The notes below the pieces were generated by a model that worked only from the letters and a program-made list of their open reading frames with translations, had not been told where the DNA came from and searched no databases. A program made the translations under genes and the position numbers. From positions 210,001-242,000 of the forward strand of contig OY781871.1 in NCBI GenBank assembly GCA_963677105.1: a DNA stretch of 32,000 bases, written 5' to 3'. The DNA is from Candidatus Saccharimonadota bacterium. GTDB lineage: Bacteria; Patescibacteriota; Gracilibacteria; UBA4473. Below, one piece after another: positions 1 through 8,883 of the stretch. The number at the start of each line of letters is the position of its first letter. The stretch's first letter is position 1.

Positions 1-49
1 AATCAAAAAACTTTGGACTTTTACGCTCTTTTTCTTATCGAAAAGATTA

Positions 50-418
50 ATGATGATTCCTCTTATTATAACCTTTTCTCGAAGAACCAAGAAATTGTCG
101 AACAAAAAAATTGAACAGATTTTGTCTCTCAGAGACGAGTGTCGATCTGTTTCATTAAAAAATGATCCTCAAGAACGACTGAAACGAGAAGAAAAAATAT
201 CAAAAGCTCTTTTTGAATTTTTTATCGATTTAGAAAGCAATGGAACACTTTCTTCTAATGCTGCTCTTACGCAAATTGCAAAAGATCTCGAATTTATTGA
301 TAAAAAACTTGTTGAGTTGCAACTTGCCTACAACCACGAAGCACGAAAATGGAATCTTCGTAGAAATCTTGCAAAAAAAATATTAGGGCTTCCTTCTCTC
401 ACTTTATTTAAAGGATGA
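50..418 (+). CDS. LemA-like protein (start uncertain; possibly 5' partial)
   Basis: The C-terminal stretch AYNHEARKWNLRRNLAKKILGLPSLTLF resembles the LemA family C-terminus (YN..v..yN..i..FP...a...GF). The frame stays open upstream to window position 2, so the true start may lie outside the window. The stop overlaps the lgt start (ATGA). Confidence 0.45.
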   Translation: MMIPLIITFSRRTKKLSNKKIEQILSLRDECRSVSLKNDPQERLKREEKISKALFEFFIDLESNGTLSSNAALTQIAKDLEFIDKKLVELQLAYNHEARKWNLRRNLAKKILGLPSLTLFKG

Positions 419-1176
419 TTTGGAATGCCAATCCCATTGCATTTTCTGTTTTAAACATAGATATACGTTGGTATGGACTTGTCTATGCTCTTGGATTTTT
501 TTTCTGTGATTGGTTTGGTTGGAAACACATTTCAAAACTAAACATTGTAAATAAAAAACAGTGGGAAAATTGTATTTTAGGAACGTTTATCATCGGTGTA
601 ATTGGAGGAAGAATTGGGGAATTTATTTTCTATTCTCCGAGTACATTTGTAACAGAACCGCTAGAAATTCTAAAAATCTGGAATGGTGGAATGTCTATTC
701 ATGGCGGAGTTATTGCATCAATTCTTTGGATTTTATTTTGGAGTAAAAAACATAAACTTTCCCCTCTTGTATTCACGGATGCAATTGTGTTGCCATTGGC
801 GATTGTTTTAATTTTCGGACGCTTGGCAAATTGGGCCAATGGTGAACTCTGGGGAAGACCAACTGGAACAGATTGGGGCGTAATTTTTCCACACGTTGAT
901 TCTGTTTTGCGTCATCCGAGCCAGCTTTATGAATCCGGAAAAAATCTACTACTTTCTGGAATTCTTCTGGCAATAAGTCGTCTTTCACTCTGTCAAAAGG
1001 AAGGAATTCAAACCGTCGTGTTTTTTGCAGGATACGGAATATTACGATTTATTATTGAGTTTTATCGCGAACCAACAACGTGGCTTGGAAGTATCACAAC
1101 AGGACAGGCTTTGTGTGCAGGAATGGTTTTGTTCTCCATTATTTTGGCGTGGTCTAAAAACTTTTGGAAAAAATGA
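415..1176 (+). CDS. lgt: Prolipoprotein diacylglyceryl transferase
   Basis: Polytopic protein carrying Lgt hallmarks: HGGVIASIL, GRLANWANGELWGRPT, WGVIFP, RHPSQLYES. Confidence 0.9.
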   Translation: MIWNANPIAFSVLNIDIRWYGLVYALGFFFCDWFGWKHISKLNIVNKKQWENCILGTFIIGVIGGRIGEFIFYSPSTFVTEPLEILKIWNGGMSIHGGVIASILWILFWSKKHKLSPLVFTDAIVLPLAIVLIFGRLANWANGELWGRPTGTDWGVIFPHVDSVLRHPSQLYESGKNLLLSGILLAISRLSLCQKEGIQTVVFFAGYGILRFIIEFYREPTTWLGSITTGQALCAGMVLFSIILAWSKNFWKK

Positions 1177-1454
1177 TTTTGGAAGACTATCTGACTGCAG
1201 TGAGAGAAAAATTATCTCAAAAAGGAGAAGCCATATTACAGATAAAATGTTCACCAGGCGCAGCAAAAACAGAATGGCATTCTCTTCTTGACGGAGAAAA
1301 ACTTGTAGCAAAATTACGAGTAGCAGCAGCTCCAGAACGTGGAAAAGCTAACTCAGTGATCACAAATTTTATACAAAAGGAGTTCGATTGTATTGTCGAA
1401 ATCACTTCCGGGCACACCAACAGCATCAAACTTTTAAAACTGTGGAAAAAATGA
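1173..1454 (+). CDS. DUF167 (YggU-like) small protein
   Basis: AAPERGKANSVITNFIQKEF matches the DUF167 core (G.AN..li.fLak.f). ATG 1173 forms an ATGA overlap with the lgt stop. The track's TTG start at 1164 is less likely. Confidence 0.7.
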   Translation: MILEDYLTAVREKLSQKGEAILQIKCSPGAAKTEWHSLLDGEKLVAKLRVAAAPERGKANSVITNFIQKEFDCIVEITSGHTNSIKLLKLWKK

Positions 1455-2305
1455 GCAAAAGAAAATCATCACATTCAACCAACAGAAAAGCACTTGCAGA
1501 AAGAAAATTCGCGAAAAAAGATCTCGGACAAAATTTTTTACAATCAACTGAAGTTCGAGAAAAAATTCTTAGTGAAGCTGGGGATATAAAAGGAAAAAAT
1601 GTTCTCGAAATTGGACCTGGATTAGGATTTCTAACAGAAGCATTATTAAAAGTTGGAGCAAAATTAACGGCCGTTGAATTTGACGAACGAGCTGTACAAA
1701 TCTTGGAAAAAAAATTCAGAAATAATCCAAATTTTACACTCATTCAAGGTTCTATTTTGGATATAAATCTCGATAACCTTTTCAAAAAAGAATCATGGCA
1801 AGTAGTAGCAAATATTCCCTATCACATCACATCGCCAATTCTGAGAAAACTTCTCGCAGAAACGAAAAACAAACCTTCTTCTTGTGTATTAATGGTGCAA
1901 AAAGAAGTGGCAAAAAAAATCGCCAGAACACGTTGTGCCACAGAAAAATTGGTTGAATCACGATCCATTCTTTCTCTTTCAGTAGAAATATTCGCAGAAG
2001 CAAAAAACTGTTTCGAGGTAAAACGAGATTGTTTTGAACCAGCTCCAAATGTTGATTCCGCAATTTTGAAATTAACCACTCGAAAAAAGCCACTTATTGC
2101 ATCAGAAATGGAGCCGGATTTTTTCACAATGGTAAATGCTGGATTTCACGAAAGAAGAAAGAAACTCAAAAACTCGTTACCAAAATTCTTTGGAGACGAT
2201 CCAACGCCTTTATTGAAAGGAATTGATGGAGATCGTCGCGCTGAAACATTGGATATAAATGAATGGATTATTTTGACAGAGAATTTTCGGAAATTAAAAA
2301 AATAG
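1451..2305 (+). CDS. rsmA: 16S rRNA (adenine1518/1519-N6)-dimethyltransferase
   Basis: LGQNFL, the SAM motif VLEIGPGLGFLTE, and NIPYHITSP are present. The start MSKRK at 1451 makes an ATGA overlap with the upstream stop. The track's 1388 start is an upstream extension. Confidence 0.9.
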   Translation: MSKRKSSHSTNRKALAERKFAKKDLGQNFLQSTEVREKILSEAGDIKGKNVLEIGPGLGFLTEALLKVGAKLTAVEFDERAVQILEKKFRNNPNFTLIQGSILDINLDNLFKKESWQVVANIPYHITSPILRKLLAETKNKPSSCVLMVQKEVAKKIARTRCATEKLVESRSILSLSVEIFAEAKNCFEVKRDCFEPAPNVDSAILKLTTRKKPLIASEMEPDFFTMVNAGFHERRKKLKNSLPKFFGDDPTPLLKGIDGDRRAETLDINEWIILTENFRKLKK

Positions 2306-2336
2306 GACGATAGAACATCGCCCTACAACACAATCT

Positions 2337-2447
2337 TTAATAAAAGACTTCATCTTCATTGAGAAGAATGGCCCCTACAAACACAGCTAATATTGCTGAA
2401 ACCATAAGACCGCCAATTACGGTAAGTACTACTATAAATTTCTTCAT
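2337..2447 (-). CDS. Candidate 36-aa single-helix membrane peptide (MKKFIVVLTVIGGLMVSAILAVFVGAILLNEDEVFY)
   Basis: Hand-translated from the minus strand; it is below the track's size cut-off. A strong SD (AAAGGAG) sits 6 nt before the ATG. The peptide has one hydrophobic helix and an acidic tail. I cannot assess homology. Confidence 0.35.
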   Translation of the reverse strand: MKKFIVVLTVIGGLMVSAILAVFVGAILLNEDEVFY

Positions 2448-2460
2448 CTGTTTCTCCTTT

Positions 2461-2581
<121 letters not shown>

Positions 2582-2769
2582 TTTTTCTCCTCGTTTGATT
2601 GTTAATCTCTACAACATTTGATACCTACAATTACTATAATAAGATTACTTTTTTCACCTAATTCTCCTTCTGCGTTTTATAAATTTTGTTAAAGATCACT
2701 GTTCATTAAAGACATTCTAAATGAATTCTCTAATGAAAACTTAATATGTGTATAAGTGTTTTAAAGAAC

Positions 2770-2798
2770 TTGTCAAGTTTGCAATTCGCACTCATAAT
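2770..2798 (+). promoter_or_regulatory. Sigma70-like promoter candidate for rsmF
   Basis: TTGTCA (2770-2775), a 17-nt spacer, then CATAAT (2793-2798), ending 23 nt before ATG 2822. Confidence 0.4.
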
Positions 2799-2821
2799 CA
2801 TTTTCTGATACATTCTCCCCG

Positions 2822-4243
2822 ATGCGAAATTTCCCACAACGATTTATTGAACGAGTACAAGAAATGCTTCCTGCTGATCAAGTAGACGCTTTTCTCGAAC
2901 GATCAACGGAACCGTTACCGAAAACTGTACGGTTACGACCTAATTGCGATATTCCAAAAGACTGGAAACTCAAACCAGTTGCAGAAATGCCTGAAGCATT
3001 TTTTATCGATCGCAAAGATCGAACACAAGCACTTGGAAAAACAAGAGAACATTTTTGCGGAGAAATGTATATCGCTACACTTTCTTCTCTTTTGGCAGCA
3101 AAAATGCTTGCACCAAAACCAGGAGAAAAAATCTTGGATATGTGTGCTGCGCCAGGAAGTAAAACTACTTTTCTCTCTGATCAAATGCACGACGAGGGAA
3201 TATTAATTGCCAATGAACTTTCTGCTTCTCGAAGCAAAAAACTCGCTGCAAATCTCGATCGACTTGGATGCACGAATACTGTTATTACTCAAATTGACGG
3301 CACATACATGGACACATTTTTTGATCAAGAGTTTGATAAAATCTTACTCGATGCCCCATGTAGCTCAGAAGGAGCTGGACGAAAACAATCTGAATTTTTT
3401 GAAAAATATTGGAGTGAACGAAAAATTTATGAAGCTGCAAAGATTCAGAAAAAATTAATTGTTTCTGCGTTTAAAATGCTTCGTCCTGACGGAGAAATGA
3501 TTTATTCCACTTGCACAACTGCTCCAGAAGAAAATGAAGCCGTTGTTCAACACCTTATCGATAATTTTGGTGATACAGTTGAAATTCTACCACTCGAATT
3601 AGGAGAAGTTCCCCACTCTTCCGGACTTGAAAATTTCTCTGATGAAACATTTGAAACAGAAATCGCACAATACTCGCGAAGACTTTGGCCACATTTGTAT
3701 AATGACAAATGGGATTCTGAATGCTTCTTTATTTGTCGAATCAAAAAAAATGGAAGTATTTCTCGCGCACCAGCAAACAAGTCACGAGCTGCTGCAGGAC
3801 TTAATTTTATGAGAAAAAACCAAGCGGCAGAAGTGTTCTCACGAATTTCAAAATACTACGATATTCCAAAAGATGTTTGGAAACCTTACTCTATCCTCGA
3901 GCACGGTGGCGAAATATTTCTTACAAATCGCGACGTTGCTATTTTTGTTACGAGAAATGCTCACCGACGAGCAGGAATGCATCTTGCAGACAAACACGGA
4001 AATCCTACCAATTCCTTTGCTATGAAGTTTGGAGAATTTGCGAACAAAAATATTATACAACTTTCTACAGAAGATGCTGAGAGATTCCTTTCTGGAATAG
4101 ATCTACAAAAAAAAGAACCTTTAAAAATGAAAGATGGAACCATCGTACTTATCCGAGAAGGAAAACGATGTTTGGGGTGGGGAAAGATAATGCAAAAAGG
4201 ATATCGAATCAAAAATCGACTTGATCGTAACACAATATCATAA
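2822..4243 (+). CDS. rsmF: 16S rRNA m5C methyltransferase, NOL1/NOP2/Sun family, RsmF (YebU)-like
   Basis: DMCAAPGSKTT, LLDAPCSSEG and YSTCT motifs are present. It lacks a NusB-like N-domain and has a long C-terminal extension ending ..GWGKIMQKGYRIKNRL, as in RsmF. Confidence 0.85.
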   Translation: MRNFPQRFIERVQEMLPADQVDAFLERSTEPLPKTVRLRPNCDIPKDWKLKPVAEMPEAFFIDRKDRTQALGKTREHFCGEMYIATLSSLLAAKMLAPKPGEKILDMCAAPGSKTTFLSDQMHDEGILIANELSASRSKKLAANLDRLGCTNTVITQIDGTYMDTFFDQEFDKILLDAPCSSEGAGRKQSEFFEKYWSERKIYEAAKIQKKLIVSAFKMLRPDGEMIYSTCTTAPEENEAVVQHLIDNFGDTVEILPLELGEVPHSSGLENFSDETFETEIAQYSRRLWPHLYNDKWDSECFFICRIKKNGSISRAPANKSRAAAGLNFMRKNQAAEVFSRISKYYDIPKDVWKPYSILEHGGEIFLTNRDVAIFVTRNAHRRAGMHLADKHGNPTNSFAMKFGEFANKNIIQLSTEDAERFLSGIDLQKKEPLKMKDGTIVLIREGKRCLGWGKIMQKGYRIKNRLDRNTIS

Positions 4244-4306
4244 TTTCTTTCTGAAAGCTTCCTATCATTTCTTGACTTTCTCTATAATTTCGTAACACTT
4301 TCTTCG

Positions 4307-4837
4307 ATGAAAAAATTTATACTCGCTTTTACCCCGATCTTATTTCTTGCTGGATGTGCTAATGTTCCAGAAGAAAAACCTGAAATAAATGTGGAAGAAG
4401 TAAAAACCGCTGAGGCAGGAGAAACTTGTGGTGGAGTTGAAAAAAAATTATGTGCAGACGGATTAGATTGCATCTTTGATTTTGATAAACCAGACGCTCG
4501 CGGTCGTTGCGTAAAAACTGTTGTTGATGAAGAAATGAAATGTCCACGCACACAAACGCCGGTTTGTGCTATTCGAGGACGTATCAAAAATGGATATTTG
4601 AATGAATGTGAAGCAAAACGACATGGCGCAACTATTCTTTCAAGTGGGTTTTGTGAACGTGATGACAGTGTTATTGGAAACTGTGAAGCAAAAGCGATCG
4701 GAATTGGAACGTGTTTCAAAGTTACGCGTGGATTTGAATTTGATGGAAAAAAATGTGTTGAAAAAAATGTCGGAGGATGTGATGCAGAACTCCCATTTCC
4801 TTCTGAAGAATCTTGTGTTATCGCTTGTGAGAAATAA
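4307..4837 (+). CDS. Cys-rich lipoprotein with Kazal-like and Kunitz/BPTI-like modules (putative protease inhibitor)
   Basis: The signal peptide has the lipobox LAGC (Cys17). Fourteen further Cys fall in a 4+4+6 pattern. C79-x7-C87(PVC)...Y.NEC...C116 is Kazal-like. C126-x9-C-x13-C-x7-C-x11-C-x3-C174 with GGC...F.S.E.C...C is Kunitz-like. Confidence 0.6.
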   Translation: MKKFILAFTPILFLAGCANVPEEKPEINVEEVKTAEAGETCGGVEKKLCADGLDCIFDFDKPDARGRCVKTVVDEEMKCPRTQTPVCAIRGRIKNGYLNECEAKRHGATILSSGFCERDDSVIGNCEAKAIGIGTCFKVTRGFEFDGKKCVEKNVGGCDAELPFPSEESCVIACEK

Positions 4838-4898
4838 AATAGCTCATCATTCCAAAATTGTCTGGAATCAAATTTCGAACTTCAATGTTTGCTCTTTG

Positions 4899-5708
4899 TT
4901 ATTTGAGCTTTGTAGTTTCAAGCGCTAGCGACTTTGTTCTTTTCATTGCCGCATCAACTGCACACTTTACGATCATGTCTAATTTTGCTGTGTCAAAACT
5001 TAAAATTGCTTGTTCTGTCGTTCCCCCTGGAGACATCACTTTCTTTTTCCATTCAGAAACAGAAATATCCGGAAATTGATGTACAATTTCTCCCGAACCA
5101 AGCAATGTTTGCCGAGCTAGTTTCTCTGCTTCTTCTTTTGTAAATCCAAGCCCTACAGCTGCTTTTTCTAAATATTCTGCAAACAAAAAGAAATACGCTG
5201 GACCACTTCCAGAAATTGCTCCAATGCAGTCTATTTTTTCTTCTGCATCTAATTCTAAAATTTCACCACCAGCAAGAAATAAATCCTGTACGAATGTTTT
5301 ATCTTCTTCTTCAAATCCAGAATCTGGATCAAATAAAATCCCTGTCATTCCTTTCCCTACAGATTGTCCCAAGTTTGGCATTGTCCGAACAATTCTCGCC
5401 ATTGGAAATTTTTCTCGCAGTGTAGCAACTGATGTTCCTGCTAAAAGAGAAACAATAATCGTTCCTTCCTCTGGTTGAAATTTGAGTGCTTTTAACCCTT
5501 GCGGTTTTATTCCCAAAACAACAACTTTACACGAAGCAAGATCTGCAACATCTTCCGTTGTTCGAACTAAATATTTTTCAGCAAGCAATGTATTCCTTTC
5601 AACACTTCGGTTGGCAACCAAAATATCATGCGAAGAAGTTCCTTTTTCAAGCACACTTTTCAAAATTGCGCCTCCCATATTACCGCAACCGAGAAATCCT
5701 ATAATCAT
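4899..5708 (-). CDS. proC: Pyrroline-5-carboxylate reductase
   Basis: The N-terminal GFLGCGNMGGAI Rossmann motif, SGSGPAYFF and SPGGTTEQAI are present. Confidence 0.9.
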   Translation of the reverse strand: MIIGFLGCGNMGGAILKSVLEKGTSSHDILVANRSVERNTLLAEKYLVRTTEDVADLASCKVVVLGIKPQGLKALKFQPEEGTIIVSLLAGTSVATLREKFPMARIVRTMPNLGQSVGKGMTGILFDPDSGFEEEDKTFVQDLFLAGGEILELDAEEKIDCIGAISGSGPAYFFLFAEYLEKAAVGLGFTKEEAEKLARQTLLGSGEIVHQFPDISVSEWKKKVMSPGGTTEQAILSFDTAKLDMIVKCAVDAAMKRTKSLALETTKLK

Positions 5709-6265
5709 TGTTTAATAATTGTATTTAATTTTTCCAACCACATGCAATCCCACCATTTTCCATAACGAAAAAAATGCTCTTTTTGTATTCCAATTTCTTC
5801 AAACCCAAGTTTTTTCAAAATCCGCTCAGAAGCACCATTTCCTACTACAACTCGTCCCGAAATTTTATGAAGATTTAATCGAGAAAATCCTTCATCAAGA
5901 ACGGCACTTACGGCTTCCGTAGCAATTCCTTTTCCTGCTACATCCGGAACAAACCAATATCCAATATTTCCATTATCAATCTGCCACGCTAACACTTTGC
6001 ACTCAATATCATTAATTCCAACTAAACCAATGAATCGTCCATCTAAACGTACAACCCATATCACATCTTTTTCTGGCATACGAGAAAGAGTCCATTTTAC
6101 AAAATTTTCCGTATCCTCACGGCACGTTGGTGGATCAAAGGTCAACATCTTTGTAATCTGTGGCGTTTCAAGTAACGCTGCATAAATTTCGTCTATATCA
6201 CTTTCTTGAATCGGAACAAGCGCTAAACGTTCGGTTGTAATTAAAAAGTTTTCCATCAACTTCAT
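5705..6265 (-). CDS. GNAT family N-acetyltransferase (RimJ/RimL-like)
   Basis: The acetyl-CoA motif GKGIATEAVSAVLDEGF is present and the layout is RimJ-like. A 4-nt overlap links it to proC downstream. Confidence 0.8.
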   Translation of the reverse strand: MKLMENFLITTERLALVPIQESDIDEIYAALLETPQITKMLTFDPPTCREDTENFVKWTLSRMPEKDVIWVVRLDGRFIGLVGINDIECKVLAWQIDNGNIGYWFVPDVAGKGIATEAVSAVLDEGFSRLNLHKISGRVVVGNGASERILKKLGFEEIGIQKEHFFRYGKWWDCMWLEKLNTIIKQ

Positions 6266-6415
6266 GCTAACACATCAGGAAAAAATCAGAAAATCTCTCT
6301 GTAAACAGAAGCACTTTAAAAATATGCTCACTTTTTGTACTTTGAACTTTATTCTTTGATATTGGAACTCAATCCTTTTTTGACAATTCCCCTATCACTC
6401 GGCAGAATTCTGGTA

Positions 6416-6811
6416 ATGAAATTTATTCAACGTTTTTTATTTTCTCTTGTCGGATACTCTCTTGTGTTTTGGCAACTCAACACACGTTTTAACGAACTTT
6501 TTGGAAAATTCATACAAGGTTCTTTCTCTTTGAATGAATCTGTTTCTGCTTATCTCATTCTCGCTTTTCTTCTTTCCGTAATTAACTCTCTTATAAAGCC
6601 ACTCATAATGCTTGTCTCTCTTCCATTAAGATGGATCACTCTTGGTACTTTTTCGTTGGTAATAAATGCCGCTCTATTATGGTTTCTTCAGCAAGTAGCA
6701 AATTTTGTTTCTAATGATATCGCTCTTCACATAGAACATTGGCAAACATATCTCGCTGTAGGACTTATTTTATCGTTTGTAAATGGAATCATCCATTGGT
6801 TTGAAAAATAA
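6416..6811 (+). CDS. DUF360 / phage holin superfamily IV-like membrane protein
   Basis: VINSLIKPLIMLVSLPLRWITLGTFSLVINAALLWFL matches the PF04020-type core (N.lirPil..lt.P....TLG.f.lviNa..l). The start at MKF (6416) is preferred over 6335. Confidence 0.65.
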   Translation: MKFIQRFLFSLVGYSLVFWQLNTRFNELFGKFIQGSFSLNESVSAYLILAFLLSVINSLIKPLIMLVSLPLRWITLGTFSLVINAALLWFLQQVANFVSNDIALHIEHWQTYLAVGLILSFVNGIIHWFEK

Positions 6812-6824
6812 TACTTTTTCTTTT

Positions 6825-6883
6825 TTTGTAGTTTGTAATTTGTAATTTCTAATTTGATATTTTGTAATTTCAAGCAAAGCGAC
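6825..6883 (-). repeat. Dispersed head+heptad intergenic element, inverted copy
   Basis: The reverse complement reads GTCGCTTTGCTTGAAATTACAAAATATCAAATTAGAAATTACAAATTACAAACTACAAA. It aligns by eye with the copies at 25566, 26957, 28257 and 22249. Confidence 0.6.
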
Positions 6884-6943
6884 ATAGTTTTCTTGCAAAA
6901 AATTGAATGGTCTGTACACTCTCACTGATTTTTGTGTAAAAAA

Positions 6944-7159
6944 ATGTTTAAAATTTTCTTCATTATCGTTGCGATATTACTTATCGCTCTCATTCTCCTT
7001 CAACAAAAAAATTCTGGACTCGGATCCTTGATGGGTGGCGGAGCTGGAGATGAAATTGCTCAAGCTCGTCGTGGAGCCGATAAATTCCTACATCGTGCAA
7101 CGATTCTTGTATCTATCCTCTTTTTAGGAAGTGCAATGTGGACCATGTTTTTGTCATAA
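6944..7159 (+). CDS. secG: Preprotein translocase subunit SecG
   Basis: MFKIFFIIVAILLIALILLQQKNSGLGSLMGGGAG is a typical SecG N-terminus. ATG 6944 is preferred over TTG 6932. Confidence 0.8.
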   Translation: MFKIFFIIVAILLIALILLQQKNSGLGSLMGGGAGDEIAQARRGADKFLHRATILVSILFLGSAMWTMFLS

Positions 7160-8883
7160 TGCACCAACCTCACCGATCTCGAAGCTCGGTACAAAAAAAT
7201 TCTTGGAAAAAATTACTGCTCTGGATTTTGATTGTTGGAACAATTACTTCTGGAAGTATTCTAGGAAGACGATTTTTTATACAACATTCTCAGTGGGTTC
7301 CTGCTCCTGGTGGAATTTTCACTGAATCAACCATTGGTACGATTAATAATCTAAATCCTCTCGCAGCAAACACTACGTTATTTGATCGAGACCTCCTTTC
7401 TCTAATCTTCGCTGGACTTCTACGACATAATCCACTCACTGGACAAATTGAAGACAATTTGGCAACCTTTCGCGTTTCCGAAACACGAAAAGAATATTAT
7501 GTTACGTTAAAAAGCACCGCTAAATTCTCAAATGGTGATCCAGTCACAATTGATGATGTTCTGTTTACGTTTGAAAAAGTGATTCAAAACCAAAACTTTG
7601 CAAATACAGTTTTACATGATGCGTTTGAATATATTAGCATTGACGTTGTAGACGAACAAACTCTTAAGTTTATCCTTCCCGAACCAAATGTATATTTCCC
7701 TGGATTACTTACTACTCCTATTTTACACGCAAAAAGTTTTGAAAATGCTCTTATTGAGGAAATCACAGACCCCAGTTTTCCCGCTAATAAACATCCTATT
7801 GGCGCAGGTCCATATATTTTGAATAATATTGTTCCCGAAAACAATGGATTATTTCGTGTATTTTTAGGAAGCAATAAACATTTTTTTCGAGGCAAACCAT
7901 TAATTCCTCAGTTAGTATTTTACGTCTATTCTTCTGTAGCTCATTTACAGTTAGAACATACGTGGTCAACTATGTTTTCGCATATGAGCACGCGTGATAT
8001 AGATAAATTTGAACCAAAATTATTTGGAGAATATATGCGTCGTGAATACGTATTACCACGATTTGTAGGCGTGTTTTTTAACCTTGATTCTCCTGTTGTA
8101 AAAAATACATATCTTCGTCAAGCTCTGCAAACTGCTATAGACAAAGAACGTATAATTGCACGAGAAACGGGATGGAATAGAATTGATTCTATCTTCTTTT
8201 TTGAAGGCGTGGAAGATTGGCATGAACCCGGATTTGCTGAAGCCCGACAACTGCTTCGTGATCATGGATATAGAATCCCACAGAAGAGCGAAGTTCGCTA
8301 TTTCGACAAAAAACCGGTTTCCCTCCGAATGATTACCTCGGTTGCGCCACCTGTATATTCTCGTTTTGCACAAAACATTGTCCGCACATGGCAAACAGAA
8401 CTCAATATTGATGTTCAACTCAATGTTCTCGATACAGCAGAATTCCAGCGCGCATTAAAAACAAGAGATTACGATCTTGTACTTTTTGGGCAAAATTTCT
8501 CAGCAAATCTTGATTCCCTTTCTACATGGCATAGTTCTCAAACAGGCGAATTGAATTTAAGCAATTTAACAAATTCCGAAATTGATTTTCTTATCGATGA
8601 AGTTCGTTTTTCCGATTCCAGATCAGATTTATTCTCATTGAATCAAAAACTCGGAGAAATCGTTCCCGTTGTCGTTCTCGCAACACCTCAATACAATTTA
8701 TTAGTTGACCATGATCTTCTAGGATTTTCTAAGAATTTCGGGAAAATTCGTCGACACGCTGAACGATTTGCCGAAGTACATCAATGGCATTTCTCAAAGA
8801 AACGCGCTTGGGATTGGCCAGAAGATCAATCTAAATTTATAGGATTTTTCCGTTGGATTTTTCGCCTTGAAAATGAAAATTAA
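7159..8883 (+). CDS. Solute-binding protein family 5 (peptide/nickel ABC-type SBP), N-terminally membrane-anchored
   Basis: The size, the PIGAGPYIL motif and the overall layout fit SBP_bac_5. An N-terminal TM segment (LLLWILIVGTITSGSIL) is present. The TAATG overlap with the secG stop favours a start at 7159. Confidence 0.7.
   Translation: MHQPHRSRSSVQKNSWKKLLLWILIVGTITSGSILGRRFFIQHSQWVPAPGGIFTESTIGTINNLNPLAANTTLFDRDLLSLIFAGLLRHNPLTGQIEDNLATFRVSETRKEYYVTLKSTAKFSNGDPVTIDDVLFTFEKVIQNQNFANTVLHDAFEYISIDVVDEQTLKFILPEPNVYFPGLLTTPILHAKSFENALIEEITDPSFPANKHPIGAGPYILNNIVPENNGLFRVFLGSNKHFFRGKPLIPQLVFYVYSSVAHLQLEHTWSTMFSHMSTRDIDKFEPKLFGEYMRREYVLPRFVGVFFNLDSPVVKNTYLRQALQTAIDKERIIARETGWNRIDSIFFFEGVEDWHEPGFAEARQLLRDHGYRIPQKSEVRYFDKKPVSLRMITSVAPPVYSRFAQNIVRTWQTELNIDVQLNVLDTAEFQRALKTRDYDLVLFGQNFSANLDSLSTWHSSQTGELNLSNLTNSEIDFLIDEVRFSDSRSDLFSLNQKLGEIVPVVVLATPQYNLLVDHDLLGFSKNFGKIRRHAERFAEVHQWHFSKKRAWDWPEDQSKFIGFFRWIFRLENEN

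Noticed and set aside
4272-4288. TTGACT and TATAAT hexamers upstream of the lipoprotein gene as a promoter
   Set aside because: The hexamers are only 5 bp apart, which is incompatible with a sigma70-type promoter. They may be coincidental in AT-rich DNA.
4282-4719. 145-aa antisense ORF opposite the Cys-rich lipoprotein
   Set aside because: It is a shadow ORF. The + strand frame has a signal peptide, a lipobox and ordered Cys modules, while the antisense product is low-complexity.
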